Below are positions 10,604 through 21,473 of a stretch of DNA of 64,000 nt, in pieces (positions within the stretch are counted from its first letter, which is position 1; every line of letters begins with the position of its first letter). The position numbers were made by a program, and so were the translations under genes. The stretch comes from Spirogloea muscicola (Eukaryota). The stretch lies in contig WELB01000028.1 of NCBI GenBank assembly GCA_009602725.1, forward strand, positions 166,598-230,597, in the 5' to 3' direction. Under the pieces are notes generated by a model that ran no database searches, was not told the origin of the DNA, and was given only the letters and a program-made list of their open reading frames with translations.

Positions 10604-12181
10604 ATGGCCGCCATGCGGCGGGCTGCATGGCCCCAGGCCCAGCCAAGGCCACCACCGCCGCCGCCGCCGCCGCCGTTGTCGCCGCCGCGTCCGGACGGCC
10701 TGGCCGCTGTGGGCTCTGCCATAAGCGCCCATTCTTCGCGGCCGCCGCCCTCCGCCGCTGCCGGTGTGCGAGGCCAGCCGAGCTGGGAATGGCGGCGCCA
10801 GCTCCCTCCTGCAGCTCACGAGCTCGGAGCTAGCCCAACTGGGCTGACTCACAGGACCGCGCTCACCCTAAGTGCGGCAACGCCCGCCCCCCCTGGCGGC
10901 GGCCTCCGCGGCCTGCTCTGCTCCACGGCTTGGCCGGCAAGCCACAGCGGCGGCGACTGATATGCTGAGGCGGCGCGCTTGTCAGTCCTCCGGCAGCGGC
11001 GACGTGCACGCGAGCGGGCACACGAGACCCATCTTCGCTAGGAGCCGCCTCCGGCGTCAAGACGGCGCCCCTGCGCCAGCTTGCTGGCCGTGCTGGCCTC
11101 CGCCGGCTACTTGCGGCTCTGACGGCGGCGGCCGGCCCGTGGCAGGGCAGACCAGGTCCAGCTCCTCTTCGACGGCCCGCCCCACCAAGTCAATGCCATG
11201 GAGGCAAAGCCGGCGGCGGAGCTGCGGAGGCAGTGCGCCGAGGACGGAACTCGCGGCCGCGCTGGTGTGAAGTCAACGCAACCCGATCGGGAAGTAGAAG
11301 CCGCGCTCACGGTCGCCTGCCCTGAGGCCTCCGATGTACGCTCCGGCAGCGGAGCCGAGGAAGCCTCAGCGGCACTCCTCTGGAACGACGATGGCTACCT
11401 GGAGGACCTCCACGATAGTACCCCGGCCGAGTCCAGGAAGCCAGGCTCGGTGTCCGTGCGGCCAGCCGCAGCTAACCCACTTCCTGCTTTTATCGTGGGC
11501 AGCATTATACGTGATCAAGTGGAGGGTGGGAGTAACAATGTGCATGGCCTAAAGAAGGTGGACTCACCAGGCTCAGGGCATGGGGACAGCCGCAGATATA
11601 GGCAGACCGAACAGGTGCAAGTAGCTGGGGAATTGGTCCCGTTACAGTGCGGAGTTGACAACGGTGAAGGTCTGGAAAGGCATGCCAGGCTCTGGTGTAG
11701 GGGTCCTTGCGCGAACGTCCTGGGCACACTGCAGCCACAGTGGAGGCAAAGACAAGCCAGCAGCTTGCAGCAAGATGCCCTCATGGAGATTGAGAAGGAT
11801 GCCGAGTGCAAGACAGCCAGCGATAGGCGGCTCCAGCATCACGCCCTCATCGCAGCCACCAACTGCTCCTTGCGGGCAGTGCTTTACTGCTCCCCATATT
11901 AGAGCACCTCCCTGTTGGTTGTTGGCAACAGCAGGATGCTGTCAGGTGCACTGCACTTGCCACTCGAGGCTGCCATGTTTTTAGTTGCACAGTGGACTTT
12001 AATTCGATTTGACGTTTTACTCTGGAGTACATACTCGTCCTTGTGTTGCAAGCTACTTCCATGTGACAACGTCAGTATGACGTTGCCTGCAGTGCCCAGC
12101 ATAGACAGCGTTATCGACCTGCATTTAAGATGTCGGAGACATTCTAGGGAGATGCAAGGAGTCGTCAATTGCATACTCTAA
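10604..12181 (+). pseudogene. stop-interrupted reading frame of unknown family
   Basis: ORFs 10604-10960, 11198-11902 and 11915-12181 share one frame, broken by TGA 10958, TAG 11039, TGA 11120 and TAG 11900. GCC-rich 5' end like the neighbouring genes. Confidence 0.4.
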
Positions 12182-13057
12182 TCAAGAGCAGATCAAGTCC
12201 AAGTTCCATCTGCTGTCATCGGTAGCGTGCTCAAGGGATCTATTTTATAATACTGCAATGGCCGAGTCAGATCCCTGCTGACAACCTACCAAGATATGTG
12301 TGCTGGCTCTTGTCCCGCTTCTGCCAGGTACAGACACTATGGTCATTGCAAGAAGATGCATACTACCTTCTCTTTGTACCCTGGGAAGGAAGCTTAGTCA
12401 ACCAACCTGAAGAGTCTCCAATATTGCCACCAGCACATGTGTGTTTGCAAATTGTCTCTGCCAGGGCAGGTAGAGTTCTTCTGTGCTTATCTGAAGAGAT
12501 ACAGAAGTAGTAGATGCTGCTCAGTTTGAAACAACAGCTGTAAGTAGTACCGTAACTGCTAATGCATGGTTGTATGAGTCCTCAGCCTGCAAGTGTTGTG
12601 CTCAGTGCCAATAATTAATGACAGCCAGTTATCTCCAATGCGCAAAGGAAGTACCAGCACACCTTCTGCTCTCTGATGCTGGAGGCATGAGCAACACAGC
12701 CAGGGGTCACATGCAAATACTAGGCAAACATCTGACGTACACAGCCAGCAAGGTGCTTGGGAGCGGCATAATGGAAATTGATCAGCAAATGACGCAACAC
12801 GTGACACCTCAGCTCTACTTGGAAATCTACCCTGAACAAGCCCAGGCTTGGATATGACACTCTATGATGCAAAGAGCAGCACATTGCACATGCAGGCAGC
12901 TATTGGATCTGACAAAGCAGATCAATATTCATATGAAAGTTGACAGGAAAGCTCACTACGCAGCAGGGCGGCGGGAATGGTGGTGGATGGGCAGCCCGGA
13001 AAGCACCGCTGCTTGCACCCTCCACCTCCACGAAAGAGATTATGGAGGATCTAGGAC

Positions 13058-13130
13058 TGCATTGGGAGCTCTCATGGTATTCTCGGCCTGGCTGTTCACA
13101 GCCCTTGCCCCCTTTGGGAGAAGCCACTTG
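13058..13130 (+). repeat. isolated 3' end of CRE-like family A
   Basis: ggcctggctgttcacagcccttgccccctttgggagaagccacttg. Confidence 0.75.
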
Positions 13131-13619
13131 CATAGTATTGCTGTGTCCTTGGGGGGCCCAGCTCGAGCACGATCAAGTGCCATCTCTATCTTGTGCATTG
13201 CGTTGACAGCACTGAGAGCGCCGTAAACGAGTGCGCTGCTTCGCAGCAGGGTCGGTGGCTTGGCGGACAGCGCCCAGCAGAAGGGCGTTATGAGGTGGCC
13301 ACGAGAGTCTTGCATGAAGAGGGGCAGAATTTTGCGGAGGCGATCGGCCCACTAGGAGAGGCAATAATACCCACCACAGGTCGACGTAGGGCAAAGAGCT
13401 CATACAAGAATTACAGGTATGACTGGACTGCCAGGTGACCTAGTTTTGACTGTTCTCAGATGAGGATGCTGGAGGCTCCACTGCCACCATAGGCAAGGAT
13501 GCTGGCAGCCTCAATCCTCAGCAGCTGCTCATACTTTACAGAGTACATGATTGTGACCCTGGGCTGCCAGTCATCATGTTCGATGGAATAGAGTCTCAAT
13601 GATAAAGTTTGTCGCTCCT

Positions 13620-16600
13620 CTATAAAGCAGCACTTGTGTACGAAGTGGCCTCCATGGCGCTTTGAGCAATCTTGAGAGCATCTTCCACAGACTTGGCTGC
13701 CCCTAAAGCACTAATGTCAACCTTCGGTTGTGCTCTTGCCAGCTTGGGAAGCAAAGCAAACTCCTGTAGTGACAGCAATTCCACCAAGAGAAGGTGTGAG
13801 CAACATAGTAGGACACTGCAGATTTAGAAACAGCATATGGATGAGGGGTGTCTTTTGAAGGGCAAAACCCAATCTGCTGCCACCTGCTATGGTCTGTGTG
13901 TGATATATCATGCACATGTTGATATGACTTCACAGACCTCAGCTGTTCCACTTTCCAGCAAAATCCCCTTCAGATGTCCTGCATAGATATACTCCAGAGA
14001 TGAGTAATGTGATGAGGCATTGTCAGGGCCAACTAAAGGGAATTGTGACGAGACCTTGGTGATGTTCAAGACCACAAGGCCTCAAGCTTTGGTTTTAGCT
14101 TCAGTACAGAGTTGGTTGACTTGCTCAACTAATATTACATCAATATATGCTTGTAGCCAGATATGCAGCACAGGCAGCCAGAAAGAGCCCAATCAATTCC
14201 TCCAATCAGTGTGCAACTGGCTCCAAAGGAGGGTCCCATGGCAATGATGACTTTCGGTGGACACAGGGCTTACCATCTTTCACCCAGATATTCAACAGCT
14301 TGGGGTCGAAGTTGCCTTTCTCCACACTCTCGCCAACTGCACTAATGGCTGTCTGCTTGTCAGTTGCTTGCAAATTACGCAAGAAGAGTCCAAGCTGCAT
14401 ATAGGATTTGGAATATTGACGATGTAGAGTATGAACTATCCTATGGCAAGCACCTGACTGTGAGTGGAGCTTGAGTACATCGAATCACAGTGCTGAGGAA
14501 AGTGATGGAGCTAGCAGATTGACGCACCATTATCGCCATAGAATTGCCACCAGATCTTGCGCTCACTGCCAGGGTGCTCAAATACTCGAGAATAGAAATA
14601 TGGAAGGTAGTCATACCTGCCTACCTGAAGCTTATCAGATGTACTTCAAAAGCAGGCAGAACACTATAGGTCATCAACATTCTTAATAGTCTCCAAGTAA
14701 ATGGCTCATAAGATGCAATCTACCTGACACTACATGGTTTCAGCTGATAAATGCTGGAAAATTCAAAGCCAGATTAAGGGAGGTACTCACTCTTCCTCAG
14801 AACCTTTTATAATAGAATTGACAACATGGGCTCCAGATCTTCGTGCATGATCCACATGCTCCACCCTCGCTCTTCTTTCATACAGCTGCAAGCAGGTGAC
14901 GAGGACAGATTAGACTCTTACTGATCTGTATTAATCAAGTAGCAACGAAAGCCACAAAGAAGACACACTTGGGCAGCAGTCAAAAGTTGATCTGCTGACC
15001 ACTTGCTAAGCTCACAGCTGACATACGCACCCAATGCTCTCATGATTTCGACTTGGAGCAGATCACATTGCCTACTCTTACCCAACTTCATACATGGAAG
15101 CAGGATGCGTGTCATGCAGCACTGGTTGCGGCCGCTGTCTATTGGCACAATTATGTTGGATGTAAAGCAATATAGTTCACCTGTACACCTTGGTATCCCG
15201 TATATGCTTGTGAGCAGAGCTTGCCTGTAGGGTAAAAACTGACCTTTAAGGGAAACGCAGCGACGTCGCCAATAGCATAGATGTTGGGATCACTACTGCA
15301 GAGCTTTCCATTCACCTTCAGACATCGCAATTGATAAGGGGTAAAGTCGTCGAGCTGTTTGTGATTCGGATATTGCTACAAGTACACAGAGTCATCTAAA
15401 TGCCCGATTGCCAGAACATGGCTCCATCAGGTACTTGTATTCCCGATATCACTTTCTCGGATCATGAGAAGCTCCTCCAAGCAACCATAACCAGATTCTT
15501 CCAAGATGTAGTCTGCCCTTTACAAGACTGCCATGTTGCACAGTTGGTCGTGCTACTAGAAGGATGCTTGATACCTCAATTCCTTTCTGTTCACTCTTAA
15601 GGCCTGCATTCAAAAAGGGCTCCACCACGGGCCTTGCCCCAACTCCCACAATGACCTACACAGCCCAACATCGCTGATGAGCCCCTGATCTTTATCTTCT
15701 TACAACAGCACCTACTGAGCACTGCTCTTGTCACCATGAGCTTTGTCGCCATGCAGAAGCCATCTCTGGCTAATGGATGTCAAATATGGCCTCCCATGCA
15801 ACTCACAGTCATCCAAACCTCTAGCAGCCCAATGCATATTGCAGCTATGGAGGGGTGCGCTGACCAAATCTGCCTCAAGAACCTCGCCACTCTCAAGTTC
15901 CACCTTTGATACTTTACCATCGGCTCCAGCTATAAGTTTTGCTACAGATGTACCCTGCATCATGCTTATTCTACCATAAGTTCATGGATCAGACAAGCGT
16001 AAACTACAGCGACTATGCTGTGATAAATATAAGTACGCTGACATGAAAACTCTCCACCTACAATGACAACATTGTGTAAGTAAGCACGACTGAGCTAAAC
16101 TGTTTGTGTGTATGGCCTCTCAACATAGAAGATGCATTTTGCCATGTTGATAACAACCTTCCGGAATTTGACTCCTTTGCTCTCGTAGAGCTTCTCATAA
16201 CGGGCAGCAATGCTGGGCGTGAAGAGCCGAGGCATCAGATGGCCTTCAGGAAATACAATCTGCAGATCGTGCAAACCGTTGAGGTATGTGCATTCACTCA
16301 TGGGAGCTCAAAGGTATTGCCTTTGTGTTTACATCTAGAAGCTCCTGGATAATGCTAAGAGATCTGGTGTTACCGTCGTGGGTATCTTCCAAGTTGCACA
16401 AGCTGCGCCAACCTCCTCACCAATGTACCCACCCCCAACAATGACAGCCGCCTTTGCATTTTGCTGACGAGAAGGTCCAGAGTACTCATTCTCAGAGCAG
16501 TCATCGTGAGAACAACAGTTCCTTACCAAGAATTTGTGTAGTGGAGGTAAGAATGACCTGCTACTTTTGCAGCAATGCATGAGACAGCCCCTTGGATAAG

Positions 16601-18368
16601 AACTTCAGCTTACACCTCAAGTCATGCAATTGCAAGATATAATACTGAGCAGTGATACTTATGGCAATAAAGGGAGGAGGCTTCTCACAAATGCCTCAAC
16701 AAGTCCATCAGCATCTTCAACAGAGCGGATAACATGCACGCCCGGTAGGTGGCCGCCTATTTTCTCCGGAAGCCTAGAGGAATAGTGAATTGTTGAACGT
16801 TAGCAAGTGACCGAGATCAAAGATAGGTGATACTACACAATGATAGTGGGTGCAAAATCAACCGCGTGTGCTGCCTGATGCCAGTCATGCTCTATGGAAG
16901 GCTCTACTTGCACAGTTGAATAGTTTACACTGTGCCGACATACCAGGGAACAAAGGATGGTGCACTTGAACCACAAACTTCTACATACTTGCATCATCAC
17001 GTGCTTAAACAGACCTGATAGCTGTGGAGCCAGTGGCGATGACAAGGCTTTTGTAAGCAACCTCATCTCCAGAGGATGTCTTCAATGTCCTGCTTCCAGT
17101 GTCCAGGCCTGTTATGGTGGTTGAATAGAGGACCTGCACACCATGATGCTTACTACAATTTCAAAACAAGCAGGGCCTTACAGAGACCCTTAGAGGTCAA
17201 ATTTGTTGTTCTTAAGTGCTCCTGAATGAGTGTATGCCCCAAGCATCAACTTTGGCAACGCCCGTACATGCAGACTGTCGGTAGAGCGTGGGCGTACCCA
17301 CCTACCTCAATCCCCTTCTGTTGGTACCACTCTGGAGTCTGTCTTTCTCCTCCACCTCCCACAGAGGTATGGAAACCCTGCAACACAGTGTACCCGATAC
17401 TGCCTTGTCCACAGAGTAGCAGATAGTAGCAACGACAGTTGTAGGTCTGGCAGAAGGGCATGGAGGTGGACAGAGCTTGACAATATCGTGCACCAACACG
17501 TGTTGTTTTTCTGGTTCTGGGGCTCACTGTGTGCTATACCAGAATGTAGTTAACCAACTGCTGCAGCGGAAGAAGTCATCCACTACATCAATAATTGCAG
17601 CATACCAATGTCCAGAGGGGCCATCACTCACAGGAAGGCGTGGCGGCTTGGCATCCAGAGGAAACAGATAGCCCTTTGTAAGGGTAGGCCGTTCATATGG
17701 GGCTACTTTCTGCACAATATGGTCCTTCCACTCACTTCAAACATAGCCATTATTGAGCAACATGTCCGGCCTTGTTTCACCTTTTGTGTCACCAACTGTG
17801 CTGCAATTGCTCAAGGCAGAGTGTGCCAACAGGCTGTGATATCCACATTGCAAGTCTACTAGCTGATATACTCACATCAGCGGTGACAATGCACAGCTTT
17901 CCCTCAGCATGCCCCTGCTCCACGAAAGCCTTGGCTGCATAGCCAGCAGCATTGCCTCCTCCCACGATGACATATCTTCACACGCAATCACACAAAGTTT
18001 CACGGCAAGTACATAAATGAAAAAGAAGTCGAGATTGGATCTGAGCTCACAGTTGGCCTTGAGCCGCATGTATTCTGGAACCTTACGGATACAACGACAA
18101 CCAGCTCCTGCTTGCTGGCTGTGAGCAACCAGGGGCCCTGCAGCGCTCACTCCTTGTTGGCGTTCAGTGCGGCTGAGATCGTGGCTATACGTCTCGACGG
18201 CAAGCCTTCAGGCCCGAGCCGAATCCCGAGCTTGGAACCGAGCCATGCGCTGGAGCTGGGAGCTGGTCCGCAGGAGCTGCCGGCGCGCAGCAAAGAGGCG
18301 CGGCGACGCCCCGCGAGCGCGGCCGCCGCGGCCGTCCGCGACGCAGCCAGCGAGGTGGCGCTGCACAT
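13620..18368 (-). CDS. MDHAR: monodehydroascorbate reductase, plastid/mitochondrial type (MDAR5/6-like), many exons
   Basis: Transit-peptide-like exon 1 (MCSATSLAASRT...). Further exons read YVIVGGGNAAGYAA, APYERPTLTKGYL, GFHTSVGGGGERQTPEWY, AVIVGGGYIG, YDYLPYFYSRVF and EFALLPKLARAQP...SAAL* (stop 13620-13622). Confidence 0.95.
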
Positions 18369-18451
18369 TGTCGAAGGCGGCGGTGGCGGCGGTCGCCCGG
18401 CTACGGCAGAGCGCAGCCTCGGAGACTGAGCAGGTTCGCCGCCAAAAAAAA

Positions 18452-20370
18452 TGAAGCGGCTGCTGATATTAAAAGAGCGGCTGTGAAAGCCAGCCAGATG
18501 CATACAGGTGTTCATGACGGAGCCACAGGCTAGACAGCCAGGGAGCTCTTAGTAACCCCGTGTCAGCAGTAGGAAGTCAGATGAGCTGAGGGGAGGAAGA
18601 GCAACCCCGCTGCGCAAGCCAGAGGCTGCTGCAAGGGCACGACCAACGCGGCGATGCAAAGCAAGCGCTTGGGAACGCTGTAGCGACATAGACAAACGCA
18701 TACGGTAGCAGGACACAAGACCCGAAGGCACCGAGCCACCGGGAAGGGCTGCACCCTGTTCCCGGCGCCGCTGGTCAGCTTGAGATGCCAGCAGCGAAAG
18801 TAACGAGGACAGGTTCGCCGCCGGAGGGAGTTGTGGAAGTGTAGTGGGGCGTAATGATGGAAAGCGTAAAGGCAGCTGATGGGGGAACGGATGGGAGTGA
18901 GGGCCACCTCTTTGCTTTGCCAAGTGGCAAGCCGCAGGGCCGATGCAGGCGAAGAAGGACGCGTCCATGTGGGGGTTTGGCTCCTCAGTATAGCTTGTCA
19001 GATTTGCATGTGCTCACTAGGCGATATTAGTGTCCCCCTTAGCCAGCTCGTTACCCAGTCTTTTAAAAAAGGACAATCGTAAGGCCAGAGCCTCCCTTTC
19101 AATTTTCATGCGCACCGCGCGCCTTCTTCCATGAGAGGGCGGTGGCTGGGAGAGGCCAGCCCAGAAAAAAGAAAGAATCAACATAGTCCGAAGGGGCCAG
19201 GGAAAAGATAAGTAGCTCTCCCAATGGGGGCAAGGGCTGTGAAAAGCCAGCCCGAATAGAATGGACGAAGGGTCGAAGGGGGCTTAATGACGGAGGGGCC
19301 TAAAGCGCTATGGAAGCAAGCGCGGCCAAATTTAATGGTGGCTGGGAGAGGCCAGCCCAAAGGAATGGACAAGGTCTGAAGGAGCTGGAGTGCTAAGGAC
19401 TGAGACAGCAGCAAGCGGACTCTCAGTAACCTCTAGTCAGTAGATGCAAGTTCGAATAGCTAGCAGGCGGAAAGACGTCGCTATGGAAGAACGGGTGGAG
19501 TATGGACCACTCAGTAGCAACGAGTGAGGAGCCTCAAATCCGACAGACTAGCTGCCAGAAATCAATCCCCTTGGCGAAAGCCAGAGTCTGCAGTGACAGC
19601 CCGGCCAGCGCGCAGATGCAAGGCGTGTGCCATGGACCGCTAAAGGGAGACTGACAAACGCATGCGATAAACTGGGGCCCATGAGCCAGCGGCGTTGAAG
19701 TCAGCCGGCTCACCTCGCCTGTGGGACAGGGAAGCGCTGCAGAGAAGTGCGCGCCCATAGAGAAGAGGGGCTGGCAAAGCCAGCCCAAAAAAGAATGGAC
19801 AATGTTCAAAGCCGAAGAGAGAGGAGCCGGAGAAAGGACTACACTACAAAACACTGCAGAACACAGACACGATGCAGAGGGAAGCTCAGTACCCACGAGT
19901 GAGCAACATCAGGTCTGAGTAGCTCGCTGCAGGGAAAGAGGCACTCCGCCGAGACCCAGAGGCGGCGGCCATAGCACGGCCTGCTCGCGTGTGGACGGCG
20001 TGTGCAAGGGAGCGTTGAAGCGATACGGCCAGGCGCATGCGGAAGACTTGTGCGAGCGAACCGGCGGCGTTGAAGCCGGGCATCGCCCCTGGCAGACCCG
20101 GCCGCCTGCAGAGGTCTATGGCGCTGCACCTGCGTGCCGGAGGAGCCCTCGCTGCTGCCTCTGGCTCTGGCCAGGGATCCCGCTTCCAGGAACCCACTAT
20201 CTCCGACCTGAGGCTGCTTAGCAGGGCTGACTGAGTGCTTCGTAGCTGCTTAGTGTCTTTTTGTGCTTGCTTTTTCTTAGTGCTTCCCCTGGCCCCTTCT
20301 CGTCCTTCGTTTCTTCTTTTTTGGGCTGGCTTTTCCAGCCCCTATCCTCAATGGGCGAGCCCTTCTTCTG
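18452..20370. mobile_element. nest 2 of 5'-truncated CRE-like retroelements (families F, G, E, A, B, D)
   Basis: RMRLSMSLQRSQALALH...DFLLLTRGY* (18549-18830, -), RMRLAVSLQRS...DLMLLTRGY* (19886-20090, -), LQRSMALHLRAG...DLRLLSR (20106-20234, +) and APQYSLSDLHVLTRRY* (~18981-19030, +), plus multiple 3' motifs. Confidence 0.85.
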
Positions 20371-21473
20371 AAGCGCTAAAGCACACACGGAAGCAAGTAG
20401 CTACCTAAAGGGGCTCGCCAGTCGACGTAGGGGCTCACCAGTTGTGACTGCGTCGTTGCGCAGCCTTGACTCCCGCATCGCTGCCTTCGTCGTGTTACCT
20501 TCTGCACCTCTTGACTTTTTCATTGTTCTTCTTAGTAAATTGTGTACTGGGTTGGTTTGGCCGCCCTTACCTTATCATGCTCACTGCGCGCCTTCTCTTC
20601 CCAGATCGCTCAGCACTCTCATCATCTGAGGCCAGTAATAAGCGCTTCTTAGAAGCATTCAGGGCCACATAGTGGGCGAGGCAGAGCATGGGCCTACCCT
20701 TTTGCTCATGCCGAGTTCTTTCTTTCTTTGCCTTATACAGTTTTTTCGTTTCTGCATGGATATTGCATTCCCGCAGCTTTGCCTCACTTTCACTTTATGT
20801 GCGCCCGCAATCCACCTCCCTTTCTCTCTTGGGCCGAATTGAGTCAATGATGTAGCTAATTGGAGGTCGCTCCTCTGGGAGGTCCAGTGGCTAGGCATGC
20901 CCGGTCCTGCCAATTTTCGTGCATTTGAGTGGTGTGGGCCTGAGAGGCCAAAGTGCGAAGGCAAGAAGATATCATGTGCTCACGCTGGAGACACTCCAGC
21001 ACGACAGGCACGACAGGCTGTGGATTCACGAGGAGATGCTCTTCTAGAAGTCAGCCAGTGAGTCAAGGGAAGCTACATCATTTTAAGAGCAGAAAGTGTT
21101 GTACAAGTTGCTGTACATCCATGTACAACCACAACGACAACACTGCCTGGCACCTCTCTTAAGCCATTGATTGGGGTATTGCTGATGTGGTCGAAGTCAT
21201 TGCTGCTAAGACTATGGGCCCCCGATCGCACTTGACTGATAGCTGCAGGGGAAGCTCACACGGCTATAAGTGTGCCTCACAGTTGGTATAGCTATTTATT
21301 CAAGGGGAAAAATGACATAGATTCTGAATAAGTTCTGCATGTGCAATGGATCGGGGAATTGCCTGCCAATCCCAGTTGAGAATCTAGTAGTCTGCTGGAC
21401 ATGTCTTTGCTGATAGAGAGAATGTCAATTGAGTGCGTGCAAGGAGAAAAGCTGGATAAATGTGAACTGCTTG

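Noticed and set aside
12985..13020. AARKAP as a histone H3 tail fragment
   Set aside because: Only 4-5 residues match and no histone fold follows.
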